Of a DNA stretch of 64,000 nucleotides, positions 46,452 through 55,813 are shown piece by piece. Source of the stretch: Candidatus Woesearchaeota archaeon. GTDB taxonomy: Archaea; Nanobdellota; Nanobdellia; SCGC-AAA011-G17; ARS1403. The notes beneath the pieces are model-generated. The model saw only the letters and a list, made by a program, of their open reading frames with translations, was not told the origin of the DNA and made no database searches. The position numbers and the translations under genes were made by a program. Every line of letters begins with the position of its first letter. Within the stretch, counting starts at the first letter, position 1. The stretch covers positions 1,954-65,953 of the forward strand of contig JACPIN010000021.1 in NCBI GenBank assembly GCA_016188065.1, in the 5' to 3' direction.

Positions 46452-46580
46452 TTATCTTCTCCTTCTTTTTGAGCTTTTGCCTACAGACATTTTAGCCATT
46501 CTTTTCTTTCTCTTTTCTAATCTTGTCGTCTGCCTTTTTAAGCTTCTTATTTTATTTGCTATTTGTTTTACAGTTACCAT
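46452..46580 (-). CDS. small basic protein, 42 aa; not in the ORF track
   Basis: Translates to 'MVTVKQIANKIRSLKRQTTRLEKRKKRMAKMSVGKSSKRRRR'; AGAGGTGAT SD 7 nt upstream. Confidence 0.4.
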   Translation of the reverse strand: MVTVKQIANKIRSLKRQTTRLEKRKKRMAKMSVGKSSKRRRR

Positions 46581-46693
46581 TTAAATTATCACCTCTTTTT
46601 TAGATTATTACTAGTGGTAGTAACTTTTTCTTTATAAAGTTTTTGTTAAAATTTATTTTTAGAGTTTAAGTAAGTTTCTGAGGAGCACTTAAA

Positions 46694-48202
46694 TTATTTT
46701 ACTGTTTTTCCTATCTGCTCAAATTTTATTTCTTCATTTAATAACTTTGAAATTTTTTCTTTTAGATCCTTTATTTTAACTCTCTTCTGCTTCATAGTGT
46801 TTCTATTTCTGATTGTTACATCTTTTTTCTTTAATGAATCATGGTCTACTGTTATCATAATGCTGCAGCCAATCTCATCCATCCTTCTGTACATTTTTCC
46901 TATGCTACCTGTTTCATCGTAAAAACACCTAAAATCGTCTTTTAGGCCGTCAAAAATCTTTTTAGCTATTTCAGGAAGCTTGTCTTTTCTCACTAGAGGG
47001 AAAATAGCTACATCAACTGGACTAAGTTTATACGGAAATGTAAATAAATTCCTTTCTTTCTCTTCTTTGAAAAAAACGTCCAACAAAGCCCAGATATTTC
47101 TGTCAACACCAAATGAAATCTCTAAGATATTTGGAATAAACCTTTTATTTTCGATGCATACTTCTAATTTTGTCTTCGATCCTGTTTGATGTCCTCCAAG
47201 ATCATGTGACCCGCGGAAATGAAGCCCCCCGAGCTCTACGAATTTTTCAAATGTTTCTAAATTTACTTCTATATCGAAATGAACTTGATTGTAGAATGCC
47301 CTCTCTTTTTCGGATAATTCCCTGAAACGAAATCTTTCTTTTGGAATTTTTAAATCTTCAAGATAGAATTTTTGTATTTGCACTAAATGATAAAGATAGA
47401 AACGAGTTATATTCTTCTTGTGCAGCTGTTCTGGAGTTCTTTCTATGACTTTGTTTGATTTCCTGTCTTGAACTAGAAACGTTCTGAGCTTGTAGTTTTT
47501 TATTTTATTCCAATCTTGGCATTCATCCATTTTATCCGGATCAAAAAATATCTGCAGCTCAGCTTGAGTAAACTCCCTTAATCTAAAGAATCCTTGCCTT
47601 GGACTTATTTCATTCCTGAATGCTTTTCCAATAACTGCTAATCCCATTGGAAGCTTTTCACGCAATGCAGCAAACTCCCGCTTAAATGCGAGATATGGGG
47701 ATTGAGCTGTTTCTGGACGGAGATGCATTATTTCTTTTCCAGTTGCTCCGACTTTTAATTCGAACATCATGTTGAAAAGCCTTGTCTCTCCAAGCTCTCC
47801 TCCGCATTCAGGGCATTTTAACTTATATTTTTTAATTAAACTGTCTAATTCTGCTGTTGTCAATGCTTCAGTTTCTACTCCAGATTCATCTTCTATATAT
47901 TGGTCTGCTCTAAATCTGAAATGACATTTGATACATTCGACTAAAGGGTCGTTAAAATTTTTTAGATGACCAGATGACTCGAAAACTTCTTTTGCTAGGA
48001 TATTAACGTCTTCGATTTCATGATAGTTTGTATTAAGCCCTAAGAATTTTTTCCTCCAAATGTTTTCCCATCTTTGTTTCATTAATGTGCCAAGATGTCC
48101 ATAAGTCCAGAATCCCCCCTTGACTGAATATATCTCTCCTGAGGGAAAGAAGAAACCACGCTGCTGTGCAATGCTCATTATCTTTTCTGCCTTGGTTTGC
48201 AT
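46694..48202 (-). CDS. glyS: glycine--tRNA ligase (archaeal/eukaryal type)
   Basis: 'RGFFFPSGEIYS..GGFWTYGHLG', 'FRNEISPR', 'GLHFRGSHDL'. Confidence 0.9.
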   Translation of the reverse strand: MQTKAEKIMSIAQQRGFFFPSGEIYSVKGGFWTYGHLGTLMKQRWENIWRKKFLGLNTNYHEIEDVNILAKEVFESSGHLKNFNDPLVECIKCHFRFRADQYIEDESGVETEALTTAELDSLIKKYKLKCPECGGELGETRLFNMMFELKVGATGKEIMHLRPETAQSPYLAFKREFAALREKLPMGLAVIGKAFRNEISPRQGFFRLREFTQAELQIFFDPDKMDECQDWNKIKNYKLRTFLVQDRKSNKVIERTPEQLHKKNITRFYLYHLVQIQKFYLEDLKIPKERFRFRELSEKERAFYNQVHFDIEVNLETFEKFVELGGLHFRGSHDLGGHQTGSKTKLEVCIENKRFIPNILEISFGVDRNIWALLDVFFKEEKERNLFTFPYKLSPVDVAIFPLVRKDKLPEIAKKIFDGLKDDFRCFYDETGSIGKMYRRMDEIGCSIMITVDHDSLKKKDVTIRNRNTMKQKRVKIKDLKEKISKLLNEEIKFEQIGKTVK

Positions 48203-48278
48203 GAATTGCTAATGAATACGGGATTTATAATATTTTTGATATGATAAGTTTTTAAAGCTGTTTTTTGAATGTTCTTTT

Positions 48279-49277
48279 ATGGAATATGATTTTGAAGAAA
48301 GCAGAGTAATGACTGAGATTAGAGGGAGAAATGCAAAGAAAGTTTTGATACAATTACCTGAGGGAATGAAAAAAGAAGCTTTTGGGATTTTAGACTCGAT
48401 AGGGAGAAATTGCAATGCAGAGATTGTTATTTCTGGATCAAGCTGCTGGGGAGGATGTGACTTAGCTGTTGACCAAGCTAAAAAAATAAATGCTGATTTG
48501 TTAATCCATTTTGGGCATGCCCAGTTTGTTAGAGCTGATTTTCCTGTCCTGTATGTTGAATTGCATTCTAAATTAGACGCTGCCAGCCTGCTTAGAGAAA
48601 ATATTGGAAAAATAGACATTGAAAAGATAGGCCTTGTTGGAAGTGTCCAGTATGTTAAGCAATTTGAAAATATTAAAAAATATCTTGAGAGCATTGGTAA
48701 GAAAGTTTTTATTCCTAAGAAAAAAGGATTTGCAGCTTATGACGGCCATGTTGTTGGATGCGAATATAATTCCTTGAAAACCATTGAAAATGAAGTTGAT
48801 GGCTTTCTTGTAATAGGAAATAAATTTCATTCTCTTGGAGCTGCTTTAATGTGCGTTGATAAAAACGTGTATTTACTTAATGAGCAGTCTAATAATCTAG
48901 AGCTCATGAACGACGAAAGAAACAAAGTAGTAAGACAGAGGGCGGTTGCTATTGATAAAGTTAAAAGAGCTAATAAAATAGGGATTGTTGTTGATAATAA
49001 AATTGGGCAGTATAACCTGAAGATTGCCGAGAGACTGAAAAATGATTTAGAAAAGTTAGGCAAAGAGGCGATGATAATCGTTGTGGGTGAATTCTCTCCC
49101 GGGCTCATGAATTTTTATGATGTTGATGCATTTATTGATACGGCATGCCCCCGAATTTCTATTGAGGACTATGGAAGGTATGATAAACCTATAATAAATT
49201 CAAGAGAGGCGAGCGTTGTCGTCGGCAGGAGAAGCTGGGAAGAATTATTAGAGAAAGGATTAATTGGGTTTGCTTGA
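48279..49277 (+). CDS. dph2: diphthamide synthesis protein Dph2 (radical-SAM-like ACP transferase)
   Basis: 'KKVLIQLPEGMKKEA...SGSSCWGGCD...LIHFGHA'. Confidence 0.8.
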   Translation: MEYDFEESRVMTEIRGRNAKKVLIQLPEGMKKEAFGILDSIGRNCNAEIVISGSSCWGGCDLAVDQAKKINADLLIHFGHAQFVRADFPVLYVELHSKLDAASLLRENIGKIDIEKIGLVGSVQYVKQFENIKKYLESIGKKVFIPKKKGFAAYDGHVVGCEYNSLKTIENEVDGFLVIGNKFHSLGAALMCVDKNVYLLNEQSNNLELMNDERNKVVRQRAVAIDKVKRANKIGIVVDNKIGQYNLKIAERLKNDLEKLGKEAMIIVVGEFSPGLMNFYDVDAFIDTACPRISIEDYGRYDKPIINSREASVVVGRRSWEELLEKGLIGFA

Positions 49278-49278
49278 A

Positions 49279-49686
49279 TTATTTTTCTTCAATGTTTGTG
49301 ATTTCTCCATCAAAGCAGGCTTTAAACAAATCTAACGATTCATTTCTACCTAATATTGGAGTAACATTATCTGAGTCTGCTATAAAAACCGGTGCGATAA
49401 ATTCATAATTTGCTATTTTTATTTTTAACTTATGTATGTAACCATTTAGGAATGTATTTGGCACTATCCCTCTAATTTCTTTATATGTCCCAGTTGTTAC
49501 TTTTCCCACTAATAGATCCCCTATGAATCTTGGAAGTAGACAAATGTCTGCCCCTGTATCTGCCAAAACATCACTAATAGCAATCCACTTACCTGATTTT
49601 TCTGAATATATTTCTAATTCTATCAATGGCCGTTTTATAGTTTCAAACAATAAACTCTTTCCTTCTTGATATTTAAATGAAGGCAA
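49279..49686 (-). CDS. retropepsin-like aspartyl protease (second copy)
   Basis: 'VLADTGADICLLP', 'ILGRNESL'. Confidence 0.65.
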   Translation of the reverse strand: MPSFKYQEGKSLLFETIKRPLIELEIYSEKSGKWIAISDVLADTGADICLLPRFIGDLLVGKVTTGTYKEIRGIVPNTFLNGYIHKLKIKIANYEFIAPVFIADSDNVTPILGRNESLDLFKACFDGEITNIEEK

Positions 49687-49855
49687 TTAGAATCCCCTCT
49701 TTTAATCTCCATCCTATTGAAACTTTTCTGCCTTGGTTTTTTTTAACTATTTCTTCATATTTTTCCTTTGGATTGAGACCATGCCAAACTAATTTTTTAT
49801 CTACATAAATTTGATATTCATAATCTGGTTTGTCTTCTTTAATCTTGAGCTTCAT
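49673..49855 (-). CDS. small partner protein of the second protease
   Basis: 60-aa ORF overlapping the protease start by 14 nt. Confidence 0.45.
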   Translation of the reverse strand: MKLKIKEDKPDYEYQIYVDKKLVWHGLNPKEKYEEIVKKNQGRKVSIGWRLKEGILIAFI

Positions 49856-49893
49856 ATTTTTGTAGAGAGAACTAAAATTTAAATAGTTATTGC

Positions 49894-50412
49894 TTACTTT
49901 AACTTTTGTACTTCCGTTTTATCTGAAATTATTGCTGAGTTTCCTGACTGGTCTTCCATAATTATTTTTAATGGGAATTCACCTAGTTCTGCCTTCCATA
50001 ATTTTTTGAGCAGATTTTTGGCATGCTTTTTTACTTCTGGATCGTCGGTGCTGTCTCTTTCTTTTTCTATTATTTTTTTGAATCTTAATAAAACGCCCTC
50101 GATGTTTGATATGTAGCCTGAAGATGCAACTCCTGGAGTGACTTCCATCTTTAACTGCGGAATTTTTACAGTTGCCTCTGATGATTTTATAACGCGAACG
50201 TTTAGATCTTTTTTGTTCTCCAATGTGAATGTCTGCCTTGTTGGAGGCTTTTGCTCTTCCGCTTCGACATCTGAGCTGTTGTAGCTGCAGCTTGAGCAGC
50301 TCATTGACATCAAGAAACATTTTCCGAAATGCGGCACATTGTAAGTCTCTTCCCTCAAAGTCAATGTTTTTTCCTTGCAGAAAGGGCAAACTTCATTTTT
50401 TAATTCTGACAT
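49894..50412 (-). CDS. ZPR1-type zinc-finger protein
   Basis: 'CPFCKEK...SCSSCSY' followed by a ZPR1-like beta domain. Confidence 0.72.
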   Translation of the reverse strand: MSELKNEVCPFCKEKTLTLREETYNVPHFGKCFLMSMSCSSCSYNSSDVEAEEQKPPTRQTFTLENKKDLNVRVIKSSEATVKIPQLKMEVTPGVASSGYISNIEGVLLRFKKIIEKERDSTDDPEVKKHAKNLLKKLWKAELGEFPLKIIMEDQSGNSAIISDKTEVQKLK

Positions 50413-50464
50413 GTAAATGACTTTCTATAGAAAGAATTTATAAATATTGCTCTTGCGAAAGATT

Positions 50465-50890
50465 TTAGATGTCACTTAGGCTTGTTGATCCAAATCCTTG
50501 CCTAGAAGGTAATCGAGGAGCTGATGGCTGCCTATGGACTTCTGCAAACTTAGGGGCTACCACGATCCAATCTTCACCGAACCCTGCTATATCGCCTTCA
50601 ACAGCATCACATGTCTTCTTTAGCTTGTTGATTGCCCTTTTTAATTCAACTATGTCTTTGTCCTTTAATGGCCTTATATTCACCAATGCTATTGTATAAC
50701 CATCTCTCAATGCATCTATTGGATGCTTGATGTCCTGGAAGTCATGCATAACAAATGGCTTTATGATTATCTTTGATCTTGAGCTTGATTCTGGGGTGTT
50801 TATCTCAACATAGTCTTCAGGAGACTCATCAAGAAAGTCATCATTTCTTTCGCCAAAAAGCTTTTCCCTGAGTTTTCCAAATGCACCCAT
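50465..50890 (-). CDS. sepF: archaeal SepF-like cell-division protein
   Basis: 'IIIKPFVMHDFQDIKHPIDALRDGYTIALVNIRPL...GDIAGFGEDWIVVAP'. Confidence 0.75.
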   Translation of the reverse strand: MGAFGKLREKLFGERNDDFLDESPEDYVEINTPESSSRSKIIIKPFVMHDFQDIKHPIDALRDGYTIALVNIRPLKDKDIVELKRAINKLKKTCDAVEGDIAGFGEDWIVVAPKFAEVHRQPSAPRLPSRQGFGSTSLSDI

Positions 50891-50944
50891 TTTTTTGCCT
50901 CTTGTCTAAAAATACACTAAGAGATATATAAACATTTCTATAGG

Positions 50945-51202
50945 CTAAACTATCGTTTCCAGCAGACTGGCAATATTCCATAATTGTGTTCTTGTGTAAT
51001 CCGGGATGTTATTTTCTTCCACCATGTCGTCAATTTCCTGCAACACTTTGTTTATCTGCAATGCCCTATCTTCTGAATTATCCTTTAGAATTGTTCCAAC
51101 TTCCTGTATTTTCTGCTTGACATTTTTAGGAACAGTGCTGTCACCATTAATAGTGTTTAGGATTTCCAGAACCTCTTTTTTAACGTCTGTCATTTTCTTC
51201 AA
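50945..51202 (-). CDS. UPF0147-family protein
   Basis: 'VPKNVKQKIQEV...NIPDYTRTQLWNIASLLE'. Confidence 0.6.
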   Translation of the reverse strand: MKKMTDVKKEVLEILNTINGDSTVPKNVKQKIQEVGTILKDNSEDRALQINKVLQEIDDMVEENNIPDYTRTQLWNIASLLETIV

Positions 51203-51524
51203 TTTCGCCGATAACTTCTTTCTGCAAGGCGTTTGCTTTTTCCCTAATTTTTGATTCTTCTTTTTCTAGGTTCTTAATTCTTATATCTGTTATTCCTTTT
51301 TTTGAGGCTAGCTCTTTTTTTAAATCTTCCTTTTTTTTCGAGAGCATTATATTCCCGACTATTTTGTAAACTTCCTCTGCATTTTCAATTTCTTTCAATG
51401 CATTTTCAATTTCAAATAATTCTGACTGGAAGCGCTGCTTTTGCAGCAATGTGTTCTGGAGATTCTGCTCTATTAATTGCAACTGGGCTATTTTTTTCTC
51501 TGTTTCTTTCTGCATCTGCTTCAT
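51180..51524 (-). CDS. pfdB: prefoldin beta subunit
   Basis: Coiled coil 'IAQLQLIEQNLQN...LFEIENALKEI...VYKIVGNIML'; ATGA overlap with the rpoP stop. Confidence 0.75.
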   Translation of the reverse strand: MKQMQKETEKKIAQLQLIEQNLQNTLLQKQRFQSELFEIENALKEIENAEEVYKIVGNIMLSKKKEDLKKELASKKGITDIRIKNLEKEESKIREKANALQKEVIGEIEENDRR

Positions 51525-51658
51525 ATTGCCTTCACTGTCGAAGAAATAATCCTTGGCTTGTATAATATTTTTGAGCCGCAATAAGGACAGCGAACTCTTT
51601 TTTTAATATAGTCCTGCTTTACGGTTTTACTACAGTGAAAACATTTATAGGCTACCAT
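51521..51658 (-). CDS. rpoP: RNA polymerase subunit P (Rpo12)
   Basis: 'YKCFHCSKTV...VRCPYCGSKILYK' zinc ribbon. Confidence 0.8.
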   Translation of the reverse strand: MVAYKCFHCSKTVKQDYIKKRVRCPYCGSKILYKPRIISSTVKAI

Positions 51659-51659
51659 T

Positions 51660-51857
51660 TTACAACTCGTATGCTTTTCCAGCAATTTTTGTGTTGCATT
51701 TTCTGCACTGCCATATGCCAACTGCAACCCTCTTTACTGCCTTCTTACTACAGCTAGGGCAGGTATAAAAAGATTTTTGTTTTTTTTCTACTTTTGCTAA
51801 TTTTACCCTTATTGTTCTTCCGTATCTCGGCCCTAATCTTTTTGTCGGATCTCCCAT
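51660..51857 (-). CDS. rpl37ae: 50S ribosomal protein L37Ae
   Basis: 'RYGRTIRVKLAKVEKKQKSFYTCPSCSKKAVKRVAVGIWQCRKC'. Confidence 0.9.
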   Translation of the reverse strand: MGDPTKRLGPRYGRTIRVKLAKVEKKQKSFYTCPSCSKKAVKRVAVGIWQCRKCNTKIAGKAYEL

Positions 51858-51875
51858 TCTTTAGCTTCTTGAGAT

Positions 51876-52088
51876 TTAGTTTTTAAGTTTAACTATTTTG
51901 AAAAGTCCTTTATCTCCAGATATAATCTCTTTTATTTTATCTTTTAATTTAGTATTAATTAAATAACTTACTGTCGTTTTAGCAAGATTTGTTTCTCTAC
52001 TAATTTGAGAGATATATGTTCCTTCTGGATGTTTTTTCAGCACGTCCATTATTTTTTTGATTTTGTTTTCATCTGCTCTTCTGACCAT
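51876..52088 (-). CDS. small winged-helix DNA-binding protein
   Basis: 'GTYISQISRETNLAKTTVSYLI'. Confidence 0.5.
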   Translation of the reverse strand: MVRRADENKIKKIMDVLKKHPEGTYISQISRETNLAKTTVSYLINTKLKDKIKEIISGDKGLFKIVKLKN

Positions 52089-52140
52089 AATTGTACATAC
52101 GACCAAAAACTATATAAATATTAAGTTTATTATTGCACAT

Positions 52141-52932
52141 ATGAACAGAAATAAATACAAAAGACTTTCTCAGGAAGAGAAAGACGGGATTAAGGAATTT
52201 ACTTTGAAAGGTAAAAGCCTTAGACAGGTCTCTAAGATCTTAGGTATTGGAATAACTACTATCTATTATCATGTTAGAAAATTTAAGCCGAAACAATTTA
52301 AGAAAATGGAGATAACTCTGAAGGATTTCCAATTAGGAGAGTTGATTGGTTCATTTGTTGGAGATGGGAATTTTTATTACGATAGAAATGGAAGAAGTAG
52401 AAGGTATGTGATAAGATATTATCTTTCTTATGAAGATGATCGCCCTTATTCGAGGTATTTAGTGAAACTTCTTAAAAATATGAATCTAAATACTAGAGTT
52501 TTATGTAGAAAAAATCAAGGAAGATTAAGCTCAATAGAGATTAGAATCTATTCTAAAGAATTTTATAATCTCCTAAGGGAGTATATCACATGGGAAGGAA
52601 TTAAAACTTATTCTGTCAGATTATTGAGAGGAATTAATGATTATAGCGAAGATTTTTTGAAAGGATTTATTCGTGGACTTATGGATACAGATGGGTTTGT
52701 TGAAAATTATAACCTCTCTCTTGGTGTTACTTCTAAACCACTTATACTCAATTTTGAGGATATTTTAAGTAAATTTGATATTCAATATAAGCTTACAATA
52801 AGAAAGAGAGATAGCACTAGAAAAGATTTGTTTTTATGTAGGATTCATAGAGTAAGTCTTGAATTGTATAGGGATTTATTTGGTTTTAGTAATCCAAGGA
52901 AAATGAATGGTCTGCTGAATATCTTAAAATGA
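52141..52932 (+). CDS. free-standing LAGLIDADG homing-endonuclease-like protein with an N-terminal HTH
   Basis: 'LIGSFVGDGNF' and 'FIRGLMDTDGFV' (two LAGLIDADG motifs); N-terminal 'SLRQVSKILGIGITTIYYHV'. Confidence 0.75.
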   Translation: MNRNKYKRLSQEEKDGIKEFTLKGKSLRQVSKILGIGITTIYYHVRKFKPKQFKKMEITLKDFQLGELIGSFVGDGNFYYDRNGRSRRYVIRYYLSYEDDRPYSRYLVKLLKNMNLNTRVLCRKNQGRLSSIEIRIYSKEFYNLLREYITWEGIKTYSVRLLRGINDYSEDFLKGFIRGLMDTDGFVENYNLSLGVTSKPLILNFEDILSKFDIQYKLTIRKRDSTRKDLFLCRIHRVSLELYRDLFGFSNPRKMNGLLNILK

Positions 52933-52933
52933 T

Positions 52934-53036
52934 TGGGGCTGCCCGGATTTGAATTTCTCAGTTACTTAGTTAAAAGTAACTTCCGAGATCGCGAGGTCCC
53001 AAACCTCGAAGCATAGCCAAATTAGCCCACAGCCCC
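52934..53036 (-). tRNA. tRNA-Pro (anticodon UGG) with a 29-nt non-canonical intron at the T-stem/T-loop junction (53/54)
   Basis: Hand fold: acceptor GGGGCTG/CAGCCCC, anticodon arm CGAGG-TT-TGG-GA-CCTCG, T arm CTCGG|intron|TTCAAAT-CCGGG. BHB-like: 4-bp helix TCTC/GAGA flanked by bulges GG|A and AA|T. Confidence 0.8.
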
Positions 53037-53108
53037 TCAATAGTTGAATTGTTTAATTTCGTTTATAAAATTATTTGTTTAGCTAACTATAAAAATTAGA
53101 AGCTACTA

Positions 53109-53861
53109 TTATTTTTTCTTCACTTCTTTTGCTTTGGGCTCTTCTTTAATTTTCTTTTCCTCTTTTACTTCTCCCTTTTCTTCAGCTTTGACTTCTTCTT
53201 TCTTCTCTTCAGCTCCTTCTTTTACCACAGCTTCTGCTTCTGCTACTAATTTCTTTGCTTTTGCTTCTTCTGCTTTCTTCTCTGCTTCTGCTTTCTCTAT
53301 TTCTTTCTTGATTCTTTCCTGGATTTCTGTTAACTGCTGCGTTAGAATTTTGAGCTTATCAGGAGAAACTTGAGCGACTTGATTATTGATTAATGAATCA
53401 TAATTCCCTGTATCTATGTCTTTGTTTATTTCCGAGGAGGTTTTTCCCTCTATTAAGACTCCGAGCGAGTTGCACGAGCCTGCAACTGTCTTTACAGCTG
53501 CCTTGAAATTGTTGAATAATAAAGAATCCTGCTTCATCTTTGTCAGCTTAATTATCTGCTCAACTGCTAAGTTTCCGACCTTGTTTATGTTTGGTGTTCC
53601 TGAGCCCTTTTCAATTCCAGCTTCTTTTTTGATTAATTCTGAGATTGGAGGAGTTCCCACTTTTAGATCAAAAGACTTGTCTTCTGTGTCGACGGTAACT
53701 TTCACAGGGACTTTCATCCCGTTAAAAGAAGAGGTTTTTTCGTTGATCTTTTTAATTACTTCCTGTATGTTCATTCCAAGAGGAGCGAGAGGCTGGGCTA
53801 TTGCAGGGCCTGCTTTTGCCTGCCCCCCTTCTATCATTAGATCTATAGTTTCTTTACCCAT
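53109..53861 (-). CDS. rpl11: 50S ribosomal protein L11 with an ~85-aa K/E/A-rich C-terminal extension
   Basis: 'GGQAKAGPAIAQPLAPLGMNIQEVIKKINEKT...KVTVD'; 250 aa. Confidence 0.9.
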   Translation of the reverse strand: MGKETIDLMIEGGQAKAGPAIAQPLAPLGMNIQEVIKKINEKTSSFNGMKVPVKVTVDTEDKSFDLKVGTPPISELIKKEAGIEKGSGTPNINKVGNLAVEQIIKLTKMKQDSLLFNNFKAAVKTVAGSCNSLGVLIEGKTSSEINKDIDTGNYDSLINNQVAQVSPDKLKILTQQLTEIQERIKKEIEKAEAEKKAEEAKAKKLVAEAEAVVKEGAEEKKEEVKAEEKGEVKEEKKIKEEPKAKEVKKK

Positions 53862-53862
53862 T

Positions 53863-54327
53863 TTATCTTCTCTCTTCTTCTAACTTGTCCCTTCTAATAA
53901 CTTTAACAGCGTCGAGCTTAACTGTGATTGGAATTGGAACTGCAGCTTCTAATAATTCCACGACGACTTCATTCTTCTGCTCGTCTATTCTTGTTACTTT
54001 TGCATTTTCCCTTTTAAATGGGCCCGAGATTATCTCTACAATGTCTCCTTTTTGTATATTTACCTGGGCTTTTGCCTGCTCCAGCATTGGCTCAATTTCC
54101 TTGTAATCGACAGGAGAATCAAGCAGTGATTTTGCGTATGGAACACCTTCGAATGCTTCTTGGGCATCCTGCTTTGTTTCAGCCTCGAGAAATACATAGC
54201 TGCGCATTCCATGAGGGCGGACAATTGCATACACTTTCAATCCGTGCTTTTTTATGTTGCTGGCTATGAAATCTACTACTTGGTCTTCTCTGTTTGCTGT
54301 TGTCCTTAATGCAAAAATTTGCGTCAT
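53863..54327 (-). CDS. spt5: transcription elongation factor Spt5 (archaeal NusG)
   Basis: NGN domain 'IFALRTTANREDQV', KOW 'KGDIVEIISGPFKRENAKVTRID'. Confidence 0.9.
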   Translation of the reverse strand: MTQIFALRTTANREDQVVDFIASNIKKHGLKVYAIVRPHGMRSYVFLEAETKQDAQEAFEGVPYAKSLLDSPVDYKEIEPMLEQAKAQVNIQKGDIVEIISGPFKRENAKVTRIDEQKNEVVVELLEAAVPIPITVKLDAVKVIRRDKLEEERR

Positions 54328-54521
54328 GATGCTAATCTCCAGAGGATTTGGATGATGAAGCCAATTATTCCTATCAAAGCGATCCCTATTGCTGAAACTT
54401 TCACTACTGCTTTAAACTCAGTCATTGTCGGCTTCTTCGTTATCCTGAAAACACGCATAGATTCTAAAATGAAAGATTTTAAGCGCGTTAACAGAGTTGG
54501 ATTTTGCTGAAACTCTTCCAT
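54324..54521 (-). CDS. secE: protein translocase subunit SecE (Sec61 gamma)
   Basis: 'RITKKPTMTEFKAVVKVSAIGIALIGIIGFIIQ'; conserved secE-spt5-rpl11 order. Confidence 0.8.
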   Translation of the reverse strand: MEEFQQNPTLLTRLKSFILESMRVFRITKKPTMTEFKAVVKVSAIGIALIGIIGFIIQILWRLAS

Positions 54522-54570
54522 CAAGAAATTTGTAGAAATTGGGTTTATAAATTTAACCGCTCACTATGCT

Positions 54571-54653
54571 CGCTGATGGACAACTGCGTTTTCCATTTGC
54601 CTTTCCTCTCACACTTTCTTTTTAGAAAAAAGAAATCGTGTCCAAAGAAAAAC
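54571..54653 (-). repeat. copy 2 of the ~80-nt conserved structured element, between ftsZ and secE
   Basis: Reverse complement is near-identical to 28010-28092. Confidence 0.75.
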
Positions 54654-54671
54654 TAAGAAATTTTTTTGAAA

Positions 54672-55781
54672 TTAATCAAAGAACTCTATTCCCAGCTCTT
54701 CTCCAAGTTCACTCTTTACTCTTTTTGGCGCTGATGGCGCGGTCTTATGACCGAGTATTTGAGGCGATGAAACCCCAGTTACAATTAACATAGTGCGCAA
54801 TGTGTTTTCCAAATCATCCGATATCTGCGCCCCCCAGATAATTCTAGCGTCTTCATCTAATCTTGAGGATACTGTCTCCACAACTTTCTTTGCTTCGCTT
54901 AATGTTAAGTCCTGACCGCCAGATACGTTAATCAATGCACCTGTTGCACCGCTAATATCTACATCTAATAATGGATTTGAGATTGCTTTTTCAACTGCCT
55001 CTATTGCCCTGTTCTCTGTATCGCTTTCTCCTACACCTATTAATGCTACTCCGCCGTCGCTCATCACTGCTTTTATATCTGCGAAATCAAGATTTACCAG
55101 GCCTGCTTTTGTGACTAACTCTGCTATGCCTTTTACAGCATTTGTTAAAATTTCATCAGCTACCTTGAAAGAGGTTTGCAACGGCAAATCAGGAGCTAAC
55201 TCTAATAGCTTATCATTTGGAATTACTATTAATGTGTCTACAGTTTTTTCCATTTTTTCCAGGCCCATCATTGCATTTTCAATTCTTCTTTGGCCTTCCA
55301 TTGCGAATGGGATTGTGACTATCCCTACTGTCAATGCACCTAATTTTTTTGCTATCTCTGCTACTACGGGGGCTGCTCCTGTTCCAGTTCCACCACCTAG
55401 CCCGCAAGTAATAAAAATCATATCTGACCCCTGCAGCCTTTTTTTTATCTCCTGCTCATTTTCTTTTGCTGATTCCTCTCCTATTTTCGGGATTGAGCCT
55501 GCACCTAGTCCTCCTGTTGTCTCTTTTCCTATCAGGATTTTTACATCTGAATTCGTATAAAGAAGATCTTGAGCGTCTGTGTTAACTGCAATTGTCTCTG
55601 CGCCTGCGATTCCTATTTCTGTGACCCTGTTTATTGTATTATTTCCGCCTCCGCCAACCCCAACAACTTTTATTTTAGCCCTGTGCTTTGACAATAATTC
55701 TTCTAATTCCCTATCAATCTCCGCATTTGACCTTGACCTTTCTGAGAATTCTTCCTTTGAGTCTCTGAAATTGATATCCAT
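54672..55781 (-). CDS. ftsZ: cell division protein FtsZ
   Basis: '[19 protein letters not shown]' tubulin signature. Confidence 0.95.
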   Translation of the reverse strand: MDINFRDSKEEFSERSRSNAEIDRELEELLSKHRAKIKVVGVGGGGNNTINRVTEIGIAGAETIAVNTDAQDLLYTNSDVKILIGKETTGGLGAGSIPKIGEESAKENEQEIKKRLQGSDMIFITCGLGGGTGTGAAPVVAEIAKKLGALTVGIVTIPFAMEGQRRIENAMMGLEKMEKTVDTLIVIPNDKLLELAPDLPLQTSFKVADEILTNAVKGIAELVTKAGLVNLDFADIKAVMSDGGVALIGVGESDTENRAIEAVEKAISNPLLDVDISGATGALINVSGGQDLTLSEAKKVVETVSSRLDEDARIIWGAQISDDLENTLRTMLIVTGVSSPQILGHKTAPSAPKRVKSELGEELGIEFFD

Positions 55782-55813
55782 ATAAACTGACAGAAGGGTG
55801 TTCTATATAAAGA

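Noticed and set aside
48209-49108. Minus-strand ORFs (48209-48694, 48573-48830, 48827-49108) opposite dph2
   Set aside because: They are shadow ORFs antisense to a recognisable Dph2 gene.
49979-50389. 136-aa Arg/Lys-rich ORF in an alternate frame of the ZPR1 gene
   Set aside because: It is on the same strand in an overlapping frame within a gene that has clear ZPR1 zinc-finger motifs, and its composition is a frame artefact.
53134-54269. Plus-strand ORFs opposite rpl11 and spt5 (53134-53373, 53416-53883, 53885-54106, 54018-54269)
   Set aside because: They are antisense to universally conserved genes and have Ser/Phe-rich shadow composition.
55111-55785. Plus-strand ORFs opposite ftsZ
   Set aside because: They are antisense shadows of a highly conserved gene.
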